A stretch of DNA of 64,000 bases from an uncultured Holophagaceae bacterium (lineage in GTDB: Bacteria > Acidobacteriota > Holophagae > Holophagales > Holophagaceae), in assembly GCA_903863195.1 (NCBI GenBank), contig CAIPAY010000116.1:8326-72325 (forward strand), written 5' to 3'. The position numbers and the translations under genes were made by a program. Below, in pieces: positions 26,042 through 34,640 of the stretch. The notes under the pieces are model-generated. The model saw nothing but the letters and a program-made list of their open reading frames with translations, did no database searches and was not told the origin of the DNA. How positions within the stretch are numbered: position 1 is the first letter of the stretch; every line of letters starts with the position of its first letter.

Positions 26042-27148
26042 CTATCCGTTCTGGTAGAAGGCGCGGACCACATCTACCACGGAGGCCTGGTCCTCCTCGG
26101 TGAGGTGCTGATCGACGGGGAAGCTGATGACCTCCCGGGCGTGCCGGTCCGTTACCGGGAAGTCGCCCGCGACATAGCCCAGCTCTCTCAATCCCTTCTG
26201 CTGGTAGAGCGGGATCGGATAGTGGATCTTGGCCTCTACGCCATGCTCCAGGCAGTATGCGAAGAGGGCATCCCGCTGCTCGGCAAACACCATGTAGAGG
26301 TGGAATACCCGCTTCATGCCAGAGCGGCGAGGTGGAATGCGAACTTCCGGGATCTGCCCAAAGGCCGCGTCATAGTAGGCCCCGTTCCGAATCCTCGACT
26401 CCGTGATCGCTCCCGTCTGAGGGATGAGCCAATTGCCGATGACCGCCTGCACAGAGTCCAGGCGCGAGTTGCAGCCCAGGATCTCGATCTCATCCCGGTT
26501 CTTCAGGCCGTGGTTGCGGAGGAGGCGGAGCCGAGCGTCCATGTCGTCGTCATTGGTGACGATGATGCCGCCATCCCCCCAGACATTGAGGTTCTTGAGG
26601 GGATGCAGAGAGAACCCGCCGGCGATGCCCCAGGTGCCGGAGCGGCGCCCGTTCCACTCGGAGAGGATTCCCTGGCAGGCGTCTTCGACGACGGGAAGCT
26701 GATGGCGCTCCGCAATGGCCATGAGCTGCGTCATGTCCACGACCTCGCCGGTGAAGTGGACTGGCATGATGGCCCGAGTCCGCGGCGTGATGACCGCCTC
26801 GACCTGGTCCACGTTCATGCAGAAGTGGTCCTCGCAGTCCACGAACACGGCCCTGGCCCCGGTCTCATGGATAGCCCCCACCGTGGCGATGAAGGTGTTG
26901 GCGGCCGTGATGACCTCGTCCCCAGGCCCGAGCCCAAGCGCCTTCAGGGAGAGCTTGAGCGCGTCGGTCCCAGAGCCTACCCCGATGGCATGCCGCACGC
27001 CCAGCATGGCGGCGAAGGCCCTCTCGAACTCCCCGACGGACTTGCCCAGGGTGAAATCACCCGTGGCAACCAGTTGCGCCAGGGCCTCCAGGATCGGGGC
27101 CGGGTCAGCAAACTGTTGCGCGAGGTAGGAGTAGCGCACGGTAGTCAT
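26042..27148 (-). CDS. DegT/DnrJ/EryC1/StrS-family PLP sugar aminotransferase (copy 2)
   Basis: GVGSGTDALKLSLKALGLGPGDEVITAANTFIATV...; catalytic Lys context FSLHPLKNLNVWGDGG. Confidence 0.85.
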   Translation of the reverse strand: MTTVRYSYLAQQFADPAPILEALAQLVATGDFTLGKSVGEFERAFAAMLGVRHAIGVGSGTDALKLSLKALGLGPGDEVITAANTFIATVGAIHETGARAVFVDCEDHFCMNVDQVEAVITPRTRAIMPVHFTGEVVDMTQLMAIAERHQLPVVEDACQGILSEWNGRRSGTWGIAGGFSLHPLKNLNVWGDGGIIVTNDDDMDARLRLLRNHGLKNRDEIEILGCNSRLDSVQAVIGNWLIPQTGAITESRIRNGAYYDAAFGQIPEVRIPPRRSGMKRVFHLYMVFAEQRDALFAYCLEHGVEAKIHYPIPLYQQKGLRELGYVAGDFPVTDRHAREVISFPVDQHLTEEDQASVVDVVRAFYQNG

Positions 27149-27195
27149 GAGGCGTCCTGGATGGGGTCAGAGATGAATGAGGCTGGACCTGTCAG

Positions 27196-28197
27196 CTAGG
27201 CCAGATGGATCGCCTGCATGGTGCGGATGTTGGAGTACCTAGCCTGGCTGAGAGCCTCGGGCATGAGTCCCGCATGAAAGGCCCGCACCAGGTCTGCCAC
27301 AGCCTCCTCGATGGTGTGCCTGGGCAGGAAGCCGAGATCACGGTGGATCCGGTCAGAGGAGATGCGGTAGGAACGGTTGTCTTCCGTGGGGGTGGTCTCC
27401 ACGGTGATGCGAGGACCGACCACGGACCGCACGATCTCAGCGATCTCGGCCACCGAGTGGTTCTGGTAGCCAGCATTGAAGGTTTTTCCGTCGATGGCGG
27501 CATCCGGGTAGGCCAGGGTCTTCACGTAGAGGTCGGTCATGTCCTGGATGTGGAAGTTGGGGCGGGCTTGGGCACCGCCAAAGACCTTGATCTTGCCGTG
27601 GCAAAGGGCATGGGCCGTCATGATGTTCACCGTGAGGTCCAGGCGCAGGCGGGGTGACCAGCCACAGACCGTGGCGGGACGCAGGATCAGGGTGGTAAAG
27701 CCCGGTGCGCGCTTCTCCCGGAGGACCTCCTCGCAGAGGGCCTTGTACTTCGAATAGTCGGTGAGGGGCTCCAGGCTGAGGTCCTCAGTGACCTGGGACT
27801 CGGACTTTACGCCATAGACACTGGAGGAGGACGCGTAGATGAAGCGCTGCACGCCCGCAGCCTTGCTGAGTTCCACCAGCGGTCCGAAGGCATCGAAGTT
27901 GATGCTGCGCCCTAGCTGCGGATCCAGCTCGAAGCTCGGATCATTGGAGATGCAGGCCAGATGGATGACCGCATCGCAGCCGGCCAGAATGCGCCGGAGC
28001 AGTGCCTGGTCCCTGAGGTCTCCCTTGACCTCTTCGAGGTTCGGATCGCCCTTCACAGCCGCGAGCACGTCCCCGCCATAGATGTAAAGATCCAGGACCG
28101 TCACCCGGTACCCCGCGGCCAGCAGCTTGGGCACCAGGACGGAGCCCACGTAGCCTGCGCCACCGGTGACCAGCACCCGCTTGATGGGCCCACTCAC
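27196..28197 (-). CDS. NAD-dependent NDP-sugar epimerase/dehydratase (extended SDR)
   Basis: VLVTGGAGYVGS Rossmann motif, ASSSSVYG and YSKYK (YxxxK catalytic motif). Confidence 0.8.
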   Translation of the reverse strand: MSGPIKRVLVTGGAGYVGSVLVPKLLAAGYRVTVLDLYIYGGDVLAAVKGDPNLEEVKGDLRDQALLRRILAGCDAVIHLACISNDPSFELDPQLGRSINFDAFGPLVELSKAAGVQRFIYASSSSVYGVKSESQVTEDLSLEPLTDYSKYKALCEEVLREKRAPGFTTLILRPATVCGWSPRLRLDLTVNIMTAHALCHGKIKVFGGAQARPNFHIQDMTDLYVKTLAYPDAAIDGKTFNAGYQNHSVAEIAEIVRSVVGPRITVETTPTEDNRSYRISSDRIHRDLGFLPRHTIEEAVADLVRAFHAGLMPEALSQARYSNIRTMQAIHLA

Positions 28198-28781
28198 GCA
28201 TGACCTCCTTCGGAAAGGGACTCGAGCAGCCGGTCCGTGAGCTGATGCAGGAGGACCGCATGGGCGGACTCCACGGCCCCATAGGCCCGGCTCGACACAT
28301 GGAAGTTGAGGTCACCCAGAGTGCGGAGGGGATTATCCGGCGCGAAGCCTGAGAAGGTCAGAAGACCGCACCCCCTCTCCTTCGAGAAGGCGGAGGCCAG
28401 GAGGATGTTGGGGGATCGACCGGAGGAACTGACAGCAATCATCAGGTCACCGGAATCCACCCAGAGCTCCGAGAGGTTTCGAAAGGCCTGCTCGTAGCCA
28501 TGGTCGTTGGCCTGCGCCGTGAGCAGGGAGGGCTCGTGCAGCACCTGGGCCCGGATCCGGGCCGAGTGGGCGAGATCCGTCTGCACGTGGGCCGCGATAG
28601 CGGCACTGCCCCCGTTGCCCAGAACCAGGACTTTGTGCCCGGTCGCACGGACCTGCTTTAGCCGCTCGAGGGACTGGGTGAGGCCTTCCTCCAGACCCAG
28701 GCTGCGGGCCTGGCAATCCGTCACCTGGGTGTCCGCCAGGAGCTGGGCCAGGGTCTGAATCCAGGTGGGAGGGGCAGTCAT
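28194..28781 (-). CDS. gmhA: SIS-domain sugar-phosphate isomerase (phosphoheptose isomerase GmhA-like)
   Basis: VLVLGNGGSAAIAAHVQTDL...LMIAVSSSGRSPNIL; ~195 aa, the typical GmhA size and motifs. The stop overlaps the downstream start (4-nt overlap). Confidence 0.75.
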   Translation of the reverse strand: MTAPPTWIQTLAQLLADTQVTDCQARSLGLEEGLTQSLERLKQVRATGHKVLVLGNGGSAAIAAHVQTDLAHSARIRAQVLHEPSLLTAQANDHGYEQAFRNLSELWVDSGDLMIAVSSSGRSPNILLASAFSKERGCGLLTFSGFAPDNPLRTLGDLNFHVSSRAYGAVESAHAVLLHQLTDRLLESLSEGGHA

Positions 28782-28788
28782 AGGAACC

Positions 28789-29886
28789 TCAGGCGAGGAT
28801 CGCAGTGATGTGCTCGGCCAGGCTGTCGGGACTCAGCGAGCTGCGGTGTCCCACCGTGGCTACCGCATGGGCGCCCACGACGTTGCCCAGGAAGCCCAGG
28901 ATCTCGGCGGGGATCCCGATGGCCACACAGAGGGAGGCGATGGAGAGCACCGCGTCCCCCGCCCCCACCCGATCGGTGATGTGAGTGGACAGGGACGGGG
29001 AGGTGCCGATGAGTCCATCCTCATCGCAGACGAGGTTGCCGTCCCGGCCCCGGGTGATCAGGAACTGGTGGGTGCCCAGCTTGGCGGCAACGGACTTCAT
29101 CAGTTCGGCAGTGTTCCGGGCCTTGCTGCGGGTCTCCAGCCGCAGCTCCTTCTCGGAGAGGCTGCTGAAATCGGCGCGGGGGTATTTCGAGATGGTGTTG
29201 AAGCCGTGGTTGTCGGCGTTGGATTGGGTGTTCACGGCCAGGAACCGGGCCTTCTCACAGAGCAGGTCCACGGCCCGGGGCACCATCATTCCGTGCCCAT
29301 AGTCAGCCACGATGACCACATCGAAGTCGGCCAGCCGGGCCTCCAGTTCCTCGCAGAGAGCCTGGGCCACCGGTCCGTCCTCTTCCAGGTAAGTGAGGTC
29401 ATAGACCTCGAAGAGCTTCTGGAGGGGGTAGTGCTCGACGTAGCGCCGCTTGGTCAGGGTCGGAGCCTCGGGCTGATAGATAAAGATGGGCTTGATCCTC
29501 GGGTGGAGGCTCTCCCGGAGGAAGGACTCTGAAGGATCCGGTTGCCCTCCCCGGCTGCCCAGGATCGTAAGGACTGTCACATCCTGCGCGAAGGCGGCGA
29601 CATTGTTGGCGATGGCCAGCACGCCACCAGCGAACCGTTCCGAGTGCAGATACCGGGTGGCCAGGATGGGTTCCTTCCCCGACTTGCCCAAGGTCTCGCA
29701 GTAGTGGTACTCGTCGAGGATGGCCTCACCCACCACCAGCACCTTCAGCCCCGCGATGGCCTTAAGCCAGTGGATCACCGTGTCAGCCGGATGGTGGCTT
29801 CCGAAGTCCCGGAGGTAGTCCTGGACCTCCTGGGAGAGGGCTGAAAACGGACTCGTCGCTTGCTTGATCTCGGCTATCATGCTCAC
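28789..29886 (-). CDS. PfkB-family sugar(-phosphate) kinase resembling the HldE/RfaE kinase domain
   Basis: KVLVVGEAILDEYHYCETLGKSGKEPILAT...GGVLAIANNVAAF...DRVGAGDAVLS. The N-terminal pattern matches heptose-7-P kinase domain I, and no fused adenylyltransferase domain is present. Confidence 0.7.
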   Translation of the reverse strand: MSMIAEIKQATSPFSALSQEVQDYLRDFGSHHPADTVIHWLKAIAGLKVLVVGEAILDEYHYCETLGKSGKEPILATRYLHSERFAGGVLAIANNVAAFAQDVTVLTILGSRGGQPDPSESFLRESLHPRIKPIFIYQPEAPTLTKRRYVEHYPLQKLFEVYDLTYLEEDGPVAQALCEELEARLADFDVVIVADYGHGMMVPRAVDLLCEKARFLAVNTQSNADNHGFNTISKYPRADFSSLSEKELRLETRSKARNTAELMKSVAAKLGTHQFLITRGRDGNLVCDEDGLIGTSPSLSTHITDRVGAGDAVLSIASLCVAIGIPAEILGFLGNVVGAHAVATVGHRSSLSPDSLAEHITAILA

Positions 29887-30881
29887 CCCCTTGGGCTCAG
29901 GTACTTGTGCCAGTCCCGGGTGGCCTCTCGGACCGACTCTGGATCCCAGACCGGAGCGCTGCGCCAGGCCTCGATGTGCTGGAGCATCTGGGCCACACCC
30001 GCCTCGAAGGGCACGGTGGCCTGCCAGCCCAGCCTTGAGGCGATGAGCCGCGTGTCGGCAAAGGTGACGTCCGGCTCGCCCGGCCGCTTGGGAACATGGA
30101 CGACCTCGCCCCCCAGGAGCTCCACCAGGCGGTTGATGCTGTAGGACCCGCCGCTGCCCACGTTCAAGGCCATACCCGAGAGGTCGGACCGGGCCGCCGC
30201 CAGAAAAGCGTCCACCACATCCGAGACGAAGGTGAAGTCCCGGGTCTGGGTGCCATCGCCCACCACGGTGTAGGGCTTCCCGGCCAGCTTCTGGGCGAGG
30301 AAGACCCCGAAGACCGCCCCGTAGGTGCCAGAGGTGCGAGACCTGGGTCCGTAGACATTGAACATGCGGAGAGAGAGCACGGGCAGTCCGTAGATCCCAT
30401 GCCAGGCCAGCAGCAGTTCCTCGCCCATGAACTTGCTGAGGGCATAGGGATACATGGGCCGGATGGCTGCGGTTTCCGGGGTCGGCACCACGTCAGGCAG
30501 GCCATAGCAGGTGGAAGAGGCCGCATAGAGAACCCGCTTCACTCCCGCGAGTCGGGCGGCCTCCGCCACGTAGGCACAGCCATCCACGTTGGTGGTGTGG
30601 TAGTCGAGGGGGCTCTGGATCGAGGGGACGATGTCTGCCAGGCCCGCGAAGTGGAAGACCCAGTCCACGCCCGTCATCAAGGGGGCGAGGGTCGCAAAGT
30701 CCCGGACATCCACGGGCGCGAACCTGAGCCTGGGGTGGTCCACTACACCGGCAAGATTTTCCCGCCTCCCGGTCGCCAGGTTATCCACCACCGTCACGGC
30801 ATGGCCTTGGGCCAGTAGCCGCTCCACGAGATGGCTCCCGATGAACCCCGCGCCTCCGGTCACAAGAGTCTGCTTGGTCAT
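29883..30881 (-). CDS. NAD-dependent NDP-sugar epimerase/dehydratase (extended SDR)
   Basis: TLVTGGAGFIGSHLVERLL, ASSTCYG and YALSK (YxxxK). The stop overlaps the next gene's start by 4 nt. Confidence 0.8.
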   Translation of the reverse strand: MTKQTLVTGGAGFIGSHLVERLLAQGHAVTVVDNLATGRRENLAGVVDHPRLRFAPVDVRDFATLAPLMTGVDWVFHFAGLADIVPSIQSPLDYHTTNVDGCAYVAEAARLAGVKRVLYAASSTCYGLPDVVPTPETAAIRPMYPYALSKFMGEELLLAWHGIYGLPVLSLRMFNVYGPRSRTSGTYGAVFGVFLAQKLAGKPYTVVGDGTQTRDFTFVSDVVDAFLAAARSDLSGMALNVGSGGSYSINRLVELLGGEVVHVPKRPGEPDVTFADTRLIASRLGWQATVPFEAGVAQMLQHIEAWRSAPVWDPESVREATRDWHKYLSPRG

Positions 30882-30908
30882 GGGGATAGGCTCGGGTTGA
30901 TTGAGGGT

Positions 30909-30917
30909 GGGGGGGGG
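30909..30917. repeat. G9/C9 homopolymer in the 5' leader/promoter region of the 17-gene minus-strand sugar operon
   Basis: The plus strand reads tgGGGGGGGGGtga, and the tract lies 28 nt upstream of start codon 30881. See findings for the statistical caveat. Confidence 0.9.
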
Positions 30918-31010
30918 TGATTCGTGCCAAGAGGAGTTCCATTGAGCAATCCCCAGGCCAGTTGCAAGTCCGCAGGCTCTGTCCAGGGTTGGACCCTGCC
31001 TGCCCCGCCC

Positions 31011-32654
31011 CTAGGCGGGTGAGCTGAACCCGAGCAGGTAGGCATGATCTTCGGCAAAGGCCCTTCCAAGTCGGCCATTGGTGCCACCCAGGGGTTCATA
31101 TGCCTCCCGCCAGGCCTTCTGGTGGGCTTCGTTGACGGACTGGGGGCGCCCCTCCAGGCGGTCCAGCATCTCCAGGACGACCGCGTTGATCTCCTCGGCG
31201 GTGTTGTCCACCAGGGTGATGCCCTGGGTGTCCAGGTAGGCGGAGGCCGAGATGCAGCCAATGGGAGAGCTGAGCAGCTCCTGGAAAGTGAGGAAGCGCT
31301 GTTCCCGCTCGGAGTAGTACCGCTTAAATATGCAGAGGTCCTGCTCGTAGCCCAGGGGGGCCAGGGGCGGGGCCCAGTTGGTGAGGACACAGGGCAGGCC
31401 GAAGGTGGGGGGGACCTGCACCGGCCCCGACTGAGTGCCCAGGAAGAACCGGCAGGTGGCCCACAGGTAGACATCCATCCAATCACTCTTGTGGGGGCCC
31501 AGGGCGTAGTCGAGGACCCGGGGCGAGGGCGGGAGCGGCGTCATGGCCGCATCGCCCATACGGATCACCCACCCCCCCCTCTTTAGGATGGTGTCGATGG
31601 CGAGCTGATAGCTCTGGGTCGAGGCATTGCGCACCTTGTCCCAGGCATCCTCCCGGATGTGGAGACCCACGAACCAGGCACCTTCCGGGACGCCCAGCTG
31701 CCGGAGGCACGCCTGACCCCTGGCGTGCTGGGCCTCGGAAAGGGAGAGCAGGGGCGGCCGCTTTTCCGCGTCCCACTGCCGAAGCACCTGGACAAAGTCC
31801 CCCCAGTTGTAGGAGATCCGCTGGCCGCCCTGGCGATCCATGATGCCGTGGGTGTGGTCTTCCAGCTCGTCCACGAGCGGGGCCAGCCGCAGGTAGGTGG
31901 CGGGATCGGTGATCATGTCGGGCAGGTGGGGGCGCCAGCAGTCCAGGTAGGCGGCGTTTCCCACGGGCTTGAGGCCGGTGACCAGCACGGGCCGTGCGGC
32001 GGCGCGCAGGCCGAGGCGGTCCATCTTGAGATACTGATCCAGCAGGCCGATGTGCCCGACGTGGGTGGAGAAATCTCGCAGGAAGCGGAGGCCCAGCCGG
32101 TCCAACTGACGCTCCCGTGCCCGGGCATTGTTCCGGTCAACCCGCGCCTGGAAGATCCGGTCCGCGAAGGCCACCCGGCCACAGAACAGCATGGCGGCGG
32201 TGATGCGACGGTGCGTGAAGGCCGCCTCGGGACAGAGGGGGAAGAGGTGCTCCCAGAGGGCCATGGCCTCCTCGAAGCGGTGCTCCCCGATGAGGGCCTC
32301 CGCGATCTTTACCAGGACATCCGGGTAGTCCAAGGGAAAGATGGTGTACTTCTGCCAACGGTCCACCGCGGCTTCCATCTGCGTGGGATCCCGCAAGTCC
32401 TCCCCCCACTCGGGGGTGAGCACCGAGGCCCGGAGCCAGAGCGCCAGGCCTTCTTCGGAGCGGTTCAGCTTGAAATACAGCTCACCGAGCTCGATGAGCA
32501 CTTCCCCCCACTCGGGTTCCAACGCAAGGGCCCTCTGGAAGCTGGCCTGCGCGGGATCCCACTGCTCCGCCTGCTTAAAGGCATAGCCCTGGAGGGCCTC
32601 TTCGACGGCCGAGGGCTGGTGGGCTGATTCGTCGAGTCTCACCATGCGTGACAA
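31011..32654 (-). CDS. TPR-repeat protein with a C-terminal putative glycosyltransferase-like domain (resembles the TIGR04372-type family)
   Basis: The N-terminal ~170 aa are TPR-like (ALQGYAFKQAEQWDPAQASFQRALALEPEWGEVLIELGELYFKLNRSEEGL). The C-terminal ~370 aa has FVGLHIRE...GGWVIRMGD...FFLGTQSGP. I recall this pattern from an uncharacterised putative-GT family, and the assignment is unverified. Confidence 0.5.
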   Translation of the reverse strand: MSRMVRLDESAHQPSAVEEALQGYAFKQAEQWDPAQASFQRALALEPEWGEVLIELGELYFKLNRSEEGLALWLRASVLTPEWGEDLRDPTQMEAAVDRWQKYTIFPLDYPDVLVKIAEALIGEHRFEEAMALWEHLFPLCPEAAFTHRRITAAMLFCGRVAFADRIFQARVDRNNARARERQLDRLGLRFLRDFSTHVGHIGLLDQYLKMDRLGLRAAARPVLVTGLKPVGNAAYLDCWRPHLPDMITDPATYLRLAPLVDELEDHTHGIMDRQGGQRISYNWGDFVQVLRQWDAEKRPPLLSLSEAQHARGQACLRQLGVPEGAWFVGLHIREDAWDKVRNASTQSYQLAIDTILKRGGWVIRMGDAAMTPLPPSPRVLDYALGPHKSDWMDVYLWATCRFFLGTQSGPVQVPPTFGLPCVLTNWAPPLAPLGYEQDLCIFKRYYSEREQRFLTFQELLSSPIGCISASAYLDTQGITLVDNTAEEINAVVLEMLDRLEGRPQSVNEAHQKAWREAYEPLGGTNGRLGRAFAEDHAYLLGFSSPA

Positions 32655-32859
32655 AGCCTCAGAGGTGGCAGCGATAGGGTTGTCGATCTGTTGCGTGCGG
32701 TTATTGTGTCTGATTGATCCTTCATCGGCCGGTCCCTTGACGGACCCAAGCTTGGTGCGGCACCCAGGCGTCCAGTCTGGGTGCCGGGCAAGTCAAAAAC
32801 AGACTGCGAGCCGAGCCCAGTGACCTGGGATGATTGGCAAACCACAGGAGGACCAGGGC

Positions 32860-33396
32860 ATGAGGTGGCTCCCCCAGAACTCTGAGGTGTTCTACGCGGA
32901 AGGCCCGGTCCTGCACTTGGGACAGGCGGAGCTGGAACGCCTGAAGGCCGCGGCTCGAGCCAACCCCAGCGGCAAGGCCCGCCTCTGTGCGCACCTCCGC
33001 GACACGGACACCTTGCACGAGATGGTGATCGTCCACCACGCCAATACCTATGTCCGGCCCCACCGGCATACCGGCAAAGGTGAGTCCTTCCACATCATGG
33101 AGGGGGCTGGCGAGGTGGTGCTATTCGATGAAGCGGGCGAGGTGACCGAAGTCGTTCGCCTGGGAACCCTTGACTCAGGTCGGTCCTGCTTCTACCGACT
33201 CCGAGAGCCCCGCTTCCACTGCGTGATCATCGAGTCCGGAGTCCTGGTCTTTCATGAGACCACTGCTGGCCCCTTCGTACCGGCAGATACGGAATTCGCC
33301 CCCTGGTCCCCCACGGGCCAGGATGCCGCAACGGCAGGGAGCTATCTCGATGCATTGAAGGCCCGGGTGCAGGCATTCCTTGATGACACTCCCTAG
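32860..33396 (+). CDS. WbuC-family cupin-fold metalloprotein
   Basis: ARLCAHLRDTDTLHEMVIVHHANTYVRPHRHTGKGESFHIMEGAGEVVLFD. AGGAGG at 32846-32851 sits 8 nt upstream of ATG 32860, and the track start at 32830 lacks an RBS. Confidence 0.7.
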   Translation: MRWLPQNSEVFYAEGPVLHLGQAELERLKAAARANPSGKARLCAHLRDTDTLHEMVIVHHANTYVRPHRHTGKGESFHIMEGAGEVVLFDEAGEVTEVVRLGTLDSGRSCFYRLREPRFHCVIIESGVLVFHETTAGPFVPADTEFAPWSPTGQDAATAGSYLDALKARVQAFLDDTP

Positions 33397-34640
33397 ATCA
33401 GGCGGCACTCTGGCAGAGGGATGAGGAAGCGGCCTCCCCTTTCGCGAAAAGCCTGCTGCTGCGCCATGATGGCGTCGCTGTAGCGCCAGGCCAGGATAAG
33501 GATCACATCAGGCTTCAAGGCCGTTACCGCCGTCGAGTCGTGGACCGGCAGATGGCAGCCCGGGCTGAGCGTGTTCTGCTTGGCGGGATTGTCATCGATG
33601 AGGTAATCGATCTGGTCGGTGATCCCGAAGTGGTAGATCAGGGTGGTCGTCGTGGCCGAGGCACCATAGCCCGCGATGCGCTTGCCCTCCGCCCGGAGCC
33701 TGGCAAGCTCGGCCATCACAAGGCTTCTCTGTGTCTCAATCCGCGCCCGGAAGGTCTGGAAAAGCTCGCTGTGTGGGTTCTGGAGATCCAGGGCCTCCTC
33801 CTCGGCCGCCCGTTCAGCCACAACCGGAGTGGCCACCCGGGGGCCGCCCATGTGCTGCACAAAGCAGCGGAGGGAGCCACCCTTGGTTGATACGCGCTCC
33901 AGGTCAAACAGTTCCAGGCCCAGGGAGGCGAAGAACCGCTGGAGGGGGCGCACCGTGAAGTAGGACAAGTGCTCGTGGTACATGAAATCGAACACCAGGT
34001 TCTGGAGGTAGTCCAGGAAGTAGAACGTCTCAAAGACGAACACCCCGTCCGGAGCAAGCAGGTCCCTCACCCCGGCAACCGTGCCCTGCAGGTCATCGAT
34101 GTTGGCAAACAGGTTGTTCATGGTGATGAGGCCCGCAGGCCCATGGGACGCGCGAAGGCTGGCCGCCAGTCGGGGGGTGAAGAACTCCGGCTGGGTCTCC
34201 ACCCCAGACTGGGTGGCGGCCCGGGCGATCTCATGGGCGGGTTCAACGCCCAGGCCCCGCAGGCCCAGGACCTGAAAGTGGCCCAGGAGCGTGCCATCGT
34301 TGCTGCCGATATCGACTACGAGGGTCCTCGGGGCTGACTTGAGCTTCTCTACGACATGCCTGGCGTAACCCTTGAAATGATCGGACAAGCCCATGGAGCT
34401 GGTGGTGACGTAGATGTAGTCACGGTAGAGCACAGCGGGGTCGATGACATCGAGCAGCTGGGCGTGACCACAGGTCGCACAGAGGTACAGGTCCAGTTGG
34501 TGCGATTCTTGCTTTCTGGGTCCTTCCAGCGCGGGGACATAGGCATCCGCGATGGGAGTTGGCGCCAAGCGAAGGATCAAATGGTAGTCTCGACCACCAC
34601 ATAGACGGCAGGAATCTCGGTGAATCATCACGTCATTCAT
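33393..34640 (-). CDS. NDP-sugar C-methyltransferase (TylCIII-type: Zn-ribbon, class I MTase, C-methyltransferase C-terminal domain)
   Basis: CRLCGG...CATCGH zinc-binding N-terminus, VVDIGSNDGTLL SAM motif, and C-terminal RIAGYGASATTTTL...DDNPAKQNTLSPGCHLPV...DVILILAWRYSDAI. Confidence 0.8.
   Translation of the reverse strand: MNDVMIHRDSCRLCGGRDYHLILRLAPTPIADAYVPALEGPRKQESHQLDLYLCATCGHAQLLDVIDPAVLYRDYIYVTTSSMGLSDHFKGYARHVVEKLKSAPRTLVVDIGSNDGTLLGHFQVLGLRGLGVEPAHEIARAATQSGVETQPEFFTPRLAASLRASHGPAGLITMNNLFANIDDLQGTVAGVRDLLAPDGVFVFETFYFLDYLQNLVFDFMYHEHLSYFTVRPLQRFFASLGLELFDLERVSTKGGSLRCFVQHMGGPRVATPVVAERAAEEEALDLQNPHSELFQTFRARIETQRSLVMAELARLRAEGKRIAGYGASATTTTLIYHFGITDQIDYLIDDNPAKQNTLSPGCHLPVHDSTAVTALKPDVILILAWRYSDAIMAQQQAFRERGGRFLIPLPECRLI

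Noticed and set aside
30923-30929. Perfect sigma-54 -24 element (TGGCACG on the minus strand) ~40 nt upstream of the operon start at 30881, next to the G9 tract.
   Set aside because: The -12 position reads ...AATCACCCC, with no TTGC or GC at the required spacing. A half-site alone is expected by chance. No full TGGCAC-N5-TTGC match was seen by eye in the other intergenic regions of the island (16129-16307, 32655-32859, 34641-34779, 45366-45461).
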